A program made the translations under genes and the position numbers. Shown piece by piece: positions 13,543 through 25,725 of a stretch of DNA of 64,000 bases. The DNA is taken from positions 29,884,001 through 29,948,000 of the forward strand of contig CM022671.1 in NCBI GenBank assembly GCA_012295275.1, given 5' to 3'. The notes below the pieces were generated by a model. That model was not told where the DNA came from and made no database searches. It was given only the letters and a program-made list of their open reading frames with translations. The DNA comes from Chrysomallon squamiferum. Taxonomy: Eukaryota > Animalia > Mollusca. Positions within the stretch are counted from its first letter, which is position 1. Each line of letters begins with the position of its first letter.

Positions 13543-16061
13543 AAAAAAAATAATAAAAAAAATTAAAAAAAATTAAAAAGTGAAATGAAATAAAACAACA
13601 AATAAACATAATTATGTAATGACAGGTAAGTCTAATTACAGATAAAAGTGACATGCTTATAAATAAAAATATGAATTACCTCATCTCGCTCTCTGTAATT
13701 TTCAGCTTGCAACACACACCTCAAAAAAAAACAACAAAAAAAAAAATAATAATAATAAAATAAAATTAAAAAAATGAAAAATTTGTCAGATTGAATTACA
13801 AATTATAGGTGATGTGGAAAATGCAATTAAGCAGATAAGTTTAAACTTATAAATTTAAACTTGTAAACGCACATGCACTAGATTTACAAAATTTCTTTAA
13901 TAGCTATCTGGTACAAGTAATAATAATAATGATGATAATGATAGTAACAATAATAGTAATAATAAAAACAATAATAATAATAATAATAAAATAACAGGAT
14001 AATAAACAGTAAATTAATAATTAAAAATTAAAAATAATATGTAAGTAAATTAATAACAGACTGAGTGAATAAATAAATAAATTATATAATTAAATAAATA
14101 AAGAAATAAAATTAACAATAAATATATAAATCATTCAACAGACAAATGAATAAAACAAAATTAATTCAGTAAAGAAATAAACAAAAATGGCAGAAAAAAA
14201 AAACACCATTCAAATAAAATATTTTACAAAACAAAGAAATAAAGATGTAAATAAATAAATAAGCAAATATTATAAAAACCATTTAAATATCAATGAAATA
14301 AACATATAATTAAATAAACAAACATATACAGCAAACAAACAAACAAACAACATAAAAATCATTTAAAAAATAAAAAATAAATATATAAAATTTACTTTTT
14401 ATTATTAGCTGATATGACTTGAAAGACAAATCTACGATCATCTGTCAGAGGTTCAGCCATGACACCATCTTCATTTAGATCAACCACAAGACTACCGGCA
14501 AACTAAAACAACAAAATTATTCACATCTAACAAAATAAAACTAATAATTCTTTTCAAAACATAAATATTATAAAAACTTGCAAACTTTGTTAGTTTCAGA
14601 TCATTAATACAGATTAATAAGTCACAAAACTTCTTTAAGATATTTGGAATTAATATTAATAATATAAAAATGCAAAAATAAAAATAAAATAATTACAATA
14701 GTAATAAAAAGAAAAAAGAAATTCTTTATTATGCTTTACACATAATATGATAAACTATTCCTGTACTTGAACACTAACATAATGAAAATTCATTCTTTAA
14801 AATTTTGAAAATTTATTCTTTTCTTGAAATTAAATTTTGTTTGATTTTTAAATTTGTTTATTAATTTGTTAAAAATAAGATGAATTTGAATTGGATCACA
14901 TATTGAAGTTTTTGGTTGCATTTTTATTTTCATTATTTTTTTAATAACATTATATTACATATGTTATATTTTATAATATTTAATATGTACTTTGTTACAG
15001 TTTTTCATTTATTTATCTACTGAAGAAACAGTTGCTTTTTATATTACATTATCAAGTTTAAGAAATAATTTATTATAATAACATATTGTTGAGAAGATAA
15101 TAATCATATTTATTATATAAATAAGAAATCCTTGTGTGGACATTGGAATGTGTTATTAAGCACTGTATTTTGGAAGCAATAGATTAAAGAGAAGAAAGCA
15201 GAGGTGTTTCTGAATTTATGATGTACGATTTGTTTCTTTGAATCTTGTGGAAAATGTTTCAAGAATCAACAGTTTGCTTGTACATTTGCCTACAGAGAAG
15301 CCAAAGCATCTAGATAAAAAAAATAATAAAAATAAAAATAATAATAATATTAATACAAATTGTTTATGAAATTTTAAAATTAATAAATTAAAAACCTAAT
15401 TTTATGTTTCTGCTTCACCACATTTAAAAAGTGTTTTCTTTAACTAACAATTTTTTTTTTTTTTTTTTTGAAATTAGGTAAAATAGTTATATTATTTTTA
15501 TAATTTCATATTACTTTATTACTTTAATAATTAGGTAACACAATAATTAATAAAAATAAATAAATAAATAAATAAAATCTAGTAAAATACTGACATGCTT
15601 TTTTTTTTATTGTCATGCAAATAAATTACACTTCTTATGTTATTTAATACTGCTTTAACAGATATCAAAGAACATAAGACATCTTGGATTTAGATAGATT
15701 ATAATATTATACTTAATAATAATAATAATAATATAATATATATATATATATATATATATTTCTTGGATATACACTCACATTTGGGCGTGTTGGCTTGAAC
15801 TGATAGCCTGGCAATGTGTATGTGTGTAATTTTGTTAATAATTTTCAGTAAGCCAAGCATGTATGGGGGGTGGGCCAAATGAGGATGCAAATTCTATTTC
15901 ATTTCTCATACTATTGAATAAATTTACAACAAATAGAATGTACTGAAGAAAGAAAATATTTACTAATAAAATAAAACTATTTCAAATTTGTTTACAAGCA
16001 ATGTCTAGAGGCTCAACAGATTCAACATAAAAGGAAAGAAAAGTTTTTATTTGTTATTTAA

Positions 16062-16129
<68 letters not shown>

Positions 16130-16236
16130 TTAATCATCATCATAATAATAAATAAATAAATAGTTAAATAACTAATATTGATAATAGGAATATATAAAAA
16201 TAAATTAAAAAACTATGGATGTGTGCAGTATTTTAG

Positions 16237-16303
<67 letters not shown>

Positions 16304-17092
16304 GACACTGAAAAAGTGCAGAATTTGACCTAACATGGAGGAAAAGCAAATTACTTACTTCTGGCAGTGGTAATCTACTGACCTAAACCACAAACAGAAA
16401 GCAAGAAAGAAAAGAAGAAGAAAAAAAAAAAGAGGTGAAAAGTGAATTTTGATGGCAAAGTTAGAAAACAGAAACCAATGATCTTCATTTACACATAAAA
16501 CTTGCTTTCTCCGTCTATACAAATTATAATGAAGAATGTAAGATTTGTTCAATAAGTGAAAATTAAATATTAAACAGTACTTCTAAAATACTTTGAAATA
16601 TTTTGTCTAAAACTTATAGTACACTGATAAACCATTAATTTAATTTTGTTAAAGACGTTTCTCTAAATAACACAAATTACATACATAAGAAAAACAACAG
16701 GCCAGGAAAATTATATATCAAATTTGCATTAAATTTAATATTCCTTATACTTTGAAAGACTAAAGTTCAGTTAAAAATTTTCAGGATCACTGTTCACATG
16801 AGTAATAGAGAAAGCATTATACAGCCACAGTCTTTTATATAAAAATGCTAACTTGCAGTAAGGAAAATATTATTATAAAAATTTATTAAGATAACTACTT
16901 TCAGTGTTTATCAGTAACTTGGCAGAGGTTTTTCAATTAACCTAGATTCCATTCTTTGTAATTATTCATAAATTAATGAATATTTAATGATAACAGAATA
17001 CTTTACTATTTTTAGACTGACTAACACAGAATTAGAGATAAGAAAACAGTTCCTGTGAGATGTGGAAATACATTTTACAAGTAAATAAAGAG

Positions 17093-17151
<59 letters not shown>

Positions 17152-17829
17152 AATAATAATAATAATAAAAACAATAATAGTAGTAGTAGTAAAAAATAAT
17201 AATAACAATAATAGTAATAATAATAATAAAAAAAACAATATACCTTGGTTTCAGTAGTATTTTTATAATAGTAACAGTAGTACTAGTAGTAGTAGTAGCT
17301 GTGGCAGAAAAACTAGCAGATGCTGTTATGTTAATAGCATTTTATTAAGTTTAATATAGTCTTAGCATGAACAACAGTAGCAGCAAAACAGCAGCAGCAA
17401 CCATTACAGCAGTTGCAATATTAATAGGAATAACATTAACATTAGATATATAGTAATTTTATCATAATTATTTAAATTGCAAACAGTTATTAGTTTGTTG
17501 TATTAACATTTTTGATTACACGGTTATGCTACATGAGGTAATCCAGAACATCAGTTGATAGAGAACAGAAACAAAAACACAATAAGAAACCAAAATGTGT
17601 TGATGAGAACGAGAAAACAACAAGAGCACAATGTTTAGTACAGTGAGTACTCACCTCCTCTCTACCCTGACTCATGAGGTTACCACCTTGAGTAAAGAAA
17701 TACATCTTTTCCCATTTTGATGCTATCAGAGCCTGCTTACTGAAAAAAATAAAAATAATAATGAGATAAAAAATAAATAAAAATGAGAATAATACTGGTG
17801 TTTATATAATTAATATTGAAGAGAAAAAC

Positions 17830-17863
<34 letters not shown>

Positions 17864-20800
17864 GTAATAAATAATAATAATACTTTAAAAAATAAAATAA
17901 AATAAAATAAAACAAAATAATAATTAAAAAATTAATTGACAAAATACAAAAATATACATTATAAAAAGGACAGACTTTCTTATTAAAATTATTAGAAAAT
18001 TAAAAATATAGAAAAGAAATAAATCAAAATTTTACCAAAAAAAGAAAGAAATACTAAATTAAAACAAAAACTCCACCAATGTTTGTATTTAAATAATAAT
18101 TGGAATATTTCCAATAATGATTTTGTGGTTTCTGTATGAAAATACTCATAGTTAGGAAAACATCATCAAAGTATAATAAAATATATGTATTAATAATAAT
18201 AATTATCAGCATTGCTATACACCATAATTACTGACAGAAAGAGATATAACAATCTTTGTAATCCACTGAACAAAGAAAATATTTCTATTTCAAAAAGATT
18301 GTAACTTCAATATTTTTGTTCATTACTTTCTCATTAAATATATAGTTTTATTGTACAGAACACATTAATATTCAACAGATTATCCAGTGCTTTAACACTT
18401 ATAGAAATAACAGATTTTAATTTATTAATAATTTTTTTTTTTTTAAATGAAAGAAAAAGATGTATAAACCTTTTAAGGTACAAATATCCAGCTTTCTGTA
18501 TGAGTGAGGTGTTTGGGGGTATAAATGGCATGTCAATCGGGGGTTCAGCATAGTACAAGTGGGCACTCTGTTTTTCAATGTTGTCTATGAGTTCAACAGT
18601 CTTCTGAGTCTCTTTGGCCATTTCATGATGAACACTGCAAATAAGAAAATAAAACTTTTATCACAAAAGCTAAAATAAAACAAGAAATAATTTTTTTTAA
18701 TACAAACAGGTATCAGAAATGGTAAAATAAAAATTTAAAAGATTTGTTGAACTGAATGATTATGTATGTGTGTGTGTATGTGTGTGTTTGTGCATTTATA
18801 TAAAAAGGTCAGAGTGTTACAAAAGTGTAAACAACAGTTTGCTATGAACAATGGAAATTTTACCATAAAAATATTCATGTCAATGTTAAAAAATAACAAC
18901 TTTTCAAATTGTTAAAATTCTCTTTTATGACAAAATATCCTTCCCACTTTATAGTTTTGAAGGAATTTTCTTATTTATATTAAGTATGTAATGTATGTGT
19001 GTGTGTGTATGTCTGAGGTGTTTCTGTGTCTCTCTGTCTGTCTTCGTGTACATATGCAATTATCTACGAACATATGTATGTATGAATGTATGTATATGTA
19101 TGTTTATCTGTATGTATGTATTTATGCATGTACATATGTATGTATATCTCTGTCTGTATGTATGTATGTACAACCATACCTTTGTACACTGGCTGATATG
19201 TTGCCAAGAAATTCTTCTATTCCTGGTTTCCAGACAGTATCATGGCCCATCTGGAAGTACGTCCTCTGTGCATGTAGATATCCCAAAATAGGTTCAAGCA
19301 AGCAGCACTTCCGTTTGTACTGCAGAGCATTGAGACATGAGTAGTAATGTAGGGACGTCTGAAATTAAATTTTATACAATCAGTTATTAGATTTACAGCT
19401 GTGGTTAGACTAAAATAAAACAAATAAATAAATAATAATAAAAATAAAATAAATAAAACAAAACAATAAAATAAAATAACAATCAAAAATATTTTAAAAA
19501 TAAAAAGAGAACAAAATAAGATAAAAATCCTAAATAAAATGAACCAAAAAATTAAAAATATCAGACTACTTTAGATTTTCAAAATGGTACATTCAGAAAT
19601 TTTTTGAAAAAATAATTATTAATTTATCTAATTTAAAAATATTAACATTCATTAATAAATGCAATTGCAATAATTCAAATCAATGAGAAAAATAATAAAT
19701 TGAATTGAAAAATCAAAATTTTAACAAAGATATCATAAAATATTTTTTAAAAACCTGCCATTCAAAATGTTAACTTTTGTTTTTTCTCTTATTTCAAAAT
19801 TTAATAATAACTTTCCATTAAACATTTTGTAAATTATCGATGTAAAATTTGTTCAAGAATCCTTCCCACCAAAATAATATCAATGTTTCACAAAAAATAA
19901 TAAATTAATTATGTTTTAATTATAATTTTAATTACCTGATGAAATTTCTTCCTCATTCCATAGAGTTCTTCATTTGCATCAATTCTAGCCCTTTCGTTGT
20001 CTTTTTTGTGTGGTAACTTCATGTATTTATTCAAAGCTTGTTCATGCTCTTAAAAATAAAGAAAAAAAGAAAAAGGGATATAAATTGCATAATTATGCAG
20101 CTTAAACAACAGCAAACACAATGAATGAAAGATAAAGTGAAATAAAATTTACCTCAGAAACAAAAAGTTAAATGGAATATAACTTCATAAAAAATAATAA
20201 TTTCTTTTGAAATGATAAAAGAATATGAGATAATGGTTATAAAAATCCATGAAAAATTGTTTTATTTCTACGAATATCAAGTTATTTCTTCATTAATTAT
20301 TAAAGGTTCAATTTTTATTAGCTAAACCTTATTATTAGCACAGACTGCTTGGAATTATATAAAATATATTGAGGGTGAATTGTTTGTATTGCCAAATGTT
20401 ACATTTCAGAAATAATTTATTTCAATTAAACATGTGAATAACATTCAGAAAATGTACCATGTGTGGCAATCTGGAACATTTCAAACATGGTGCTAATTTC
20501 TGAAAAAAAAAAAAAAAATGATAATAATAAGCTTTATATCAAAATTATATGTTGACATTGTGAGATTTTAAAAATATATAAAAATCAAATGAATGGTATA
20601 CTAGAAATGCACATAAAATTGTAAACTGAACAATTTGTCATGTAATCAAAACTGAACAATTTGTCATGTAATCAAAACTGAACAATTTGTCATGTAATCA
20701 AAACTGAACAATTTGATACTGAAATCTAACTGACAACAGATTTAATGGTTTTACCTTCCATGTCTGCTTGCAAAAACTTATTTAATGGGTACATCATTGT

Positions 20801-21171
20801 CTCTGAAAACTGAGAGGAGAGAACCTGCTGCACTGAACTGATCTGAAAGAGAAATTACTAAATGACAAAACAAATGTGAGAAACCGAAATGAGACGACAT
20901 GGAAAAACATTAGTTATTAAATTTGTTTACTATGACAGGAGAATAACTTTGTATTTATCGTATGTGTTTCATTGTATGTTCAAACTGTTACATCTACTTG
21001 AGTCAATAACTAGTAACAAAAACACAATTGTTAACTCTTTGATCTTAAAGCCTGACAAATATTAAGATCAGATAGTGTTAGCAAATTCAGGGTTCAAATA
21101 AATGAGTATATGCCTGATACACCTGATTTTGGTAATAAATAAATAAATAAACAAAAATATAATAATAATGT

Positions 21172-21238
<67 letters not shown>

Positions 21239-21481
21239 TGTTTGTGTGTGTGAATTTAACAAGAGTCAAAAAATATATATTTCACAGTTAAAAGAAATCA
21301 TATTTAAAAATATATTAAACTGTGGTGCACTTCAAACAATATAAAACATACCTCGTCAATGTAAGAAGCAAACTGCTTTAATGTTGATGTAAGTATACTG
21401 TCTTCGGTTTCCAAGGGAAATTTCTACAAAATATTATTACAATACATTTACTTCATTAGTTATAGATGAACTATAAAACAA

Positions 21482-21563
<82 letters not shown>

Positions 21564-23981
21564 ATTCAACATGGCAAAAAGAAAATTATTTTAAAGCATG
21601 GAACATGGAAGAATAAAAAAAATGAAAAATAATCCTTCACTTGTTTAAAATTTTATTATTAGTGACACAAACTTCAATTTTAATGTATTTTTAAAAAGGA
21701 ATAGTTGGTAGGTTGTAACTCTATCTTTCAGTTATAACAAATATGTACAAATAAATGATTGATGAGAACCAAAGATGACAGTAAATAAATAATCATGCCT
21801 GAAGTTCATAAGCTCGAAGCTGCTGAGCCAATGCTTGAGTTGCTGAACATAATTCATTCTGCAAAAAAATAAAAAAAAAAAAAAAAAAAATGTTGGGATA
21901 TTATTATTATTGTTATTATTATTTTAAGAATAAAACATTGCATTTATTTTTTTAATCTTTTAACTTTTGGAAATTATCATTATTTACTTATTTATAAAAA
22001 ATAAATAAATAAATTAAAAATTAAAAATTAAAAAAAGGAAGAAAGTAGTTCAAAATATAAGATGAATAAGCATTTGATGAGTCATCAGTCTGTGTAAAAT
22101 ACCGTAACAGGCTTAGTCAAGTACAGTTTTAATTTTTTTTTTTTTTAAACAAAACAAAAAAAATAATAGTAAAAAGAATTTACATGTTTAAACTTGTAAC
22201 AAACAGTTTCAAGACTAATCTAAACTTTTAACAGACTTTAACAGGAAATTGTACTGTGGACAGATAAAAAGAAATAAAATAATTACTCTACTTTTTGAAT
22301 GTGCAATAACAATATAATTATGCATATCAGTTTTAATTAAAAATAATAAAACTCAAACATTGTTTATTAAATAATAGTTCAGGCAGATAACAAAACATTT
22401 AATGAAGCCAACTCATTTAACAAGTACTTTATATCAAGGAATGAAAAAGTAATTTGTTAAAATGATATATAAAATATAATATTGTATTTTAACACAATCC
22501 ATAATATAGTAACAGAATATTAAAAAATTAAATTTGTTGTTTAACAAGAGACCAAAGAGAACATATTCCTACTAATAACTTATCTTTAAATAAATAAGGT
22601 TGATAGCATCATTAATTAATAAATCAAATCACCTGAGCTGACATAACCCTTTGGCAGCAGTTATGAAGATTTGTTGTGTATCTTTTAAGTCCAAGTGTAT
22701 CTTTTTCAAATACTGATAACAGACTACGAGTCTAAAAATAAATAAATAAATAAATAATACAAAACTTTAAAAAAAATTAAAAATTAAAAAATTAAAATTA
22801 AATAAATAAATCTATATCTATCTATTTATGCACACACAAAAACAGCAGATACAGATACCCAAAGTAATAATAATAAAAATAAAATAAATAAATATATGTA
22901 ACTTTCTTACACATACACATAAATTTATATTGGGTTGGAAGCAAAGTGTTTTGTTGGAAAGAAGTATATTACAACATAAAGTACACAACATAAATAGTAA
23001 TAATAGTTTTAGGAATAATATTCAAGCTGGAAAAAAATCTATTAAAAGTGAAATAATTAGAATTAAAATCAAAGTATTTACAAGTTATTAAGAAAATTAA
23101 CAACAAAAAAACTGAATTCTGATTTCTCTGTTATATGTATAAAAAGTTATAAAATGGAAAAACAGTACTGAAGATAAATATTACCAAAAGTTCTACTACT
23201 AATAACAAAAGCAGTAATACATTTCTAAAACCAAAAAATTAAAGAAAGTTAAACCAATAATTTTACATTTCAAAAAATAATTATACATCACATGAGATGA
23301 CAACCATCTAAGTCTTAAATTTTTATTAAAATAAATATTTGATTTCTTGCAACATCAAGGTTTCTTACATAGTATTCTGTAATATCTCAATTTAAATATA
23401 CTATACATATGTCAATAGCTGACATTTTGTGGAATCTGACATTTGTGAAGGAGCTGATTCAAACTGAGAAAAAGATTGTAACAGGTGTTCCAGCTTGTGA
23501 CTGTGAATTCAATCAAAGGAATGTGCTATGGGCACTCAGAGAAATGTTTATTTTCACATAATAATACTACTACTACTACTACTACTAATAATAAATATTA
23601 TTATTGTTATTATTAAATTATTAGCTCTCAAGTATGCAAATTACGTTATATAATTTATAAATTACAGAGTGACGGTCAATCAATCAATTCGATCAATCAG
23701 TGGGATTAATACTGATGAAGTAAACACTAGTAAGACAATGTATGTATATGCAGATCATGCCTGTCCAAATATGGCAAAAATATATATATATATATTTTTT
23801 AAAACCTCAAAAACGGAATTAACTGTTTGATGTAAACATTAAAATATTTGATGGTCCCTCCCACTTTCTCTGACAGTGATACTGACACAGTGACAGTAAT
23901 ATCAACATTCGCATAATCAAAGTTTACCTGAGGGCTGTCTTCTAATGCATCTTCAAGATGAAGTTTTTCTATATCCGGCAT
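3171..23981 (-). CDS. APPL1: APPL1/2 ortholog (DCC-interacting protein 13; BAR-PH-PTB adaptor), 22 coding exons, 2115 nt, 704 aa
   Basis: Exons assembled by hand with consistent phases and no internal stops. N-terminus MPDIEKLHLEDALEDSPQTRSLL resembles human MPGIDKLPIEETLEDSPQTRSLL. PH region QKAGYL..FFTQGGNLMSQ, PTB region VRFLGSMEV..RQIMAARAIHNVFKMTES, an NPF motif, and C-terminal ESEA* are present. Assignment to APPL1 versus APPL2 is nominal for an invertebrate. Confidence 0.96.
7237..7284 (-). CDS. APPL1: Candidate alternative stop-containing exon of APPL (FDDDELLLS*; TAA ends at 7255)
   Basis: Acceptor TGTTTCTTTCAG in phase 0 with exon 21; donor AAG|GTACAG at 7236; two GCATG motifs just downstream. 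Confidence 0.6.
8597..8644 (-). CDS. APPL1: APPL exon 21
   Basis: EKRAGKTGITDKEREK; phase 0-0. Confidence 0.85.
9057..9107 (-). CDS. APPL1: APPL exon 20
   Basis: ICQAISTATKIAFQALM. Confidence 0.93.
9442..9532 (-). CDS. APPL1: APPL exon 19
   Basis: LFGFITRSRNESGAPSFACHVFETNTSSEE. Confidence 0.95.
10014..10100 (-). CDS. APPL1: APPL exon 18
   Basis: LIDPVANTTRVEFALADISFWTTHPDNN. Confidence 0.95.
10438..10546 (-). CDS. APPL1: APPL exon 17
   Basis: EQLVHSTIRQIMAARAIHNVFKMTESRLLVTNESM. Confidence 0.96.
10919..11040 (-). CDS. APPL1: APPL exon 16
   Basis: RVNPFDKTSG...QNFTVRFLGSMEVQTDR. Confidence 0.96.
11968..12105 (-). CDS. APPL1: APPL exon 15
   Basis: TNHSQSPPPRSSSADDLIIDQPIQFDLASLSPEGQGATSPQSGPP; PIQFD motif conserved. 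Confidence 0.9.
12820..12899 (-). CDS. APPL1: APPL exon 14
   Basis: EQTPSVGSVKSQSSEGQSFQETTSPI; required to bridge phase 0 to phase 2. Confidence 0.85.
13208..13279 (-). CDS. APPL1: APPL exon 13
   Basis: WIATINNIVRDSGYVRGKASAKKK (end of PH domain). Confidence 0.94.
13680..13719 (-). CDS. APPL1: APPL exon 12 (GAG acceptor)
   Basis: CVLQAENYRERDE; matches human ILQAESKKDHEE. Confidence 0.9.
14396..14502 (-). CDS. APPL1: APPL exon 11
   Basis: FAGSLVVDLNEDGVMAEPLTDDRRFVFQVISANNK. Confidence 0.95.
16359..16382 (-). CDS. APPL1: Candidate 24-nt alternative microexon of APPL (VSRLPLPE)
   Basis: Long pyrimidine tract with TGC ending TTTAG, frame-preserving phase 0-0, consensus donor GAA|GTAAGT. 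Confidence 0.65.
17655..17739 (-). CDS. APPL1: APPL exon 10
   Basis: KQALIASKWEKMYFFTQGGNLMSQGREE. Confidence 0.96.
18470..18634 (-). CDS. APPL1: APPL exon 9
   Basis: VHHEMAKETQKTVELIDNIEKQSAHLYYAEPP...IQKAGYLYLK. Confidence 0.96.
19180..19358 (-). CDS. APPL1: APPL exon 8
   Basis: TSLHYYSCLNALQYKRKCCLLEPILGYLHAQRTYFQMG...FLGNISASVQ. Confidence 0.96.
19936..20048 (-). CDS. APPL1: APPL exon 7
   Basis: HEQALNKYMKLPHKKDNERARIDANEELYGMRKKFHQ. Confidence 0.93.
20458..20499 (-). CDS. APPL1: APPL exon 6
   Basis: ISTMFEMFQIATH; phase 1-1. Confidence 0.92.
20623..20715. repeat. 26-bp minisatellite x3.6 (AAACTGAACAATTTGTCATGTAATCA) in APPL intron 5
   Basis: Perfect tandem copies with period 26. Confidence 0.95.
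20755..20842 (-). CDS. APPL1: APPL exon 5
   Basis: ISSVQQVLSSQFSETMMYPLNKFLQADME. Confidence 0.95.
21169..21560. repeat. (TG)n and (GA)n microsatellites on either side of APPL exon 4
   Basis: (TG)n at about 21169-21252 and (GA)n at about 21486-21560. Similar (GA)n tracts at about 34075, 37741, 47121 and 51556, (CT)n at about 55689, (CA)n at about 33029 and 62264, and many (AAT)n tracts. Confidence 0.95.
21352..21423 (-). CDS. APPL1: APPL exon 4
   Basis: KFPLETEDSILTSTLKQFASYIDE. Confidence 0.95.
21799..21858 (-). CDS. APPL1: APPL exon 3 (GC donor)
   Basis: NELCSATQALAQQLRAYELQ; donor CAG|GCATGA. Confidence 0.9.
22633..22731 (-). CDS. APPL1: APPL exon 2
   Basis: TRSLLSVFEKDTLGLKRYTTNLHNCCQRVMSAQ; AG/GT flanks. 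Confidence 0.95.
23928..23981 (-). CDS. APPL1: APPL exon 1
   Basis: ATG at 23981; MPDIEKLHLEDALEDSPQ; donor CAG|GTAAAC. Confidence 0.95.
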
Positions 23982-25580
23982 TTTTAACCCAAAAGACAAA
24001 TATGCGATTTTAGTGGTTCGTTGCTACGGATTTGCCTGCACTGGATTATTCCCTTCGATTCTCAAGAATCATTTGGCAGACATTTCTGCTAATCAGATTG
24101 GTTTTATGGTTGAATAGTCGAAGTAGCGTAGCTTAAAAACCGGCAACGGTAGAGTGTACTACTTTCTAATAATTAGTTTCCAATAGTATTTAGAGTCAAT
24201 GAAACATTTATTTATTTATTTTTAAATCGATAAATGTAAATAGAAAGATTTCTTTCAAACAGTTTTCGTATTATGTAACATGTAATTATATTTTTCAATT
24301 ATTTTCTTTCTTTTGAAAACTTTACGTAACAGGATTAATTTATTTAATGTCGGTTGTGTATTAATTTATTTTGTTTTTTTAGGTGGTTTTTTATTTTTAT
24401 TTTTATTTTTTATAACTATTTTTTTAACGGTTTCTCCGATTATTCGTGTGTATCAGAATCATTCATCACGCCAGTATGCAGTTGACTGAATATGTATTGA
24501 CTGTATCGTTAAAATACAGTATTTCTTCTTTTTTAAATCATTAACTGTTTCACAAACAGAGCTAATATTGTCAGAAGATATGGCAGTAGTTAATAACAGA
24601 AACAATTATTTAAAAATATGTCATTTATGTGTTATTTTGTTATTATAATTGTTAACTATATTGGCTATCATCATTTATTTTCTAATTTTCATTGTGATTC
24701 TTTATAGTATTACTAACGTTTCTGTTTTTGTCAGCAGAAATAATTTTGAATGGGTGTGTGAAAATAAATTAATCACACACACATACACATTCATGTTATC
24801 TCGGTAGGAGAACATAATTAACTAAATAAATCGATGTCCCATTCGCCACTCTGTCATTTAGTCCGAAAAAAATGAATATAAAAAGCATGCACATTCGGAC
24901 TGTCAGTCTTAATTTATAGAACTGGTAGTTGACGAAGCCATGTTTTATTGATCTGTGTTTCATTTATGTCAATTAATAATGTAGTTTCCATAGTAAATTA
25001 AGCATTCGCCTGACCTTTTGAACTGCGGACCAATGGAACATAATGACTAGTGTATGCAAAAGAAATCTTTTAAAACTAATAGGAAATAATATCTTTGATC
25101 TCGACGAAGTGTAAATACCATTGTCTCACTTAATCGATGATCGAAAATTAGTCAATAATAATATTGGATAAAAAAATCAAAACGAAAATTAAAAAAGAAA
25201 AAAGTAAATTATATATATTATATATATATAATGATTTTTAAAATCCATGTTACATATGGTATTAAAATGACGAAATTAAACATGTTATTTAAGATTATTA
25301 ATTAAAAAGATACATGCCAGAATTCCTGGATTTCAAGATACTATCAAGATAGTAATAATAATATATTATTAACTTTTAAATATGACCAATTAATTAAAGT
25401 TGCATTAAATAAATAAATAAACAACAACAACGACAGAAACAACCACAACAACAAACAACAACAACAACAATAATAATAATACAAAATTAAAATACTTAAA
25501 CTACACTAAACTGTTAATCGATTGTAGTTTGCAGAATAGCTTAGCGCAACTTCCTTTAGCAAACCAGTATAGAAGCAATC
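23982..25580. promoter_or_regulatory. Divergent (head-to-head) promoter region between APPL and PSMD6
   Basis: Start codons 1.6 kb apart and facing outward; CpGs visibly retained here, unlike in the flanking introns; several AATCGAT motifs; ETS-like ACTTCC at about 25550. Confidence 0.75.
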
Positions 25581-25725
25581 ATGCCTATGGAAAATCTCGA
25601 AGAACAGGGTTTAGCTAAAAACCCTAAGTTAGAATTAGCACAGTTGAAATTTTTACTTGCTGCTGATAAAAATGAAAACAAGAAAAAACATAAAACAAAA
25701 TTACTGGAAGCCATCAAAGAAGATA
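25581..25725 (+). CDS. PSMD6: PSMD6 exon 1
   Basis: [26 protein letters not shown]...LLEAIKED; donor GTAAGT. Confidence 0.96.

Noticed and set aside
17520-17528. 9-nt candidate APPL microexon (HNR)
   Set aside because: Weak donor (CGT|GTAATC) and the AG is separated from the pyrimidine tract; expected by chance
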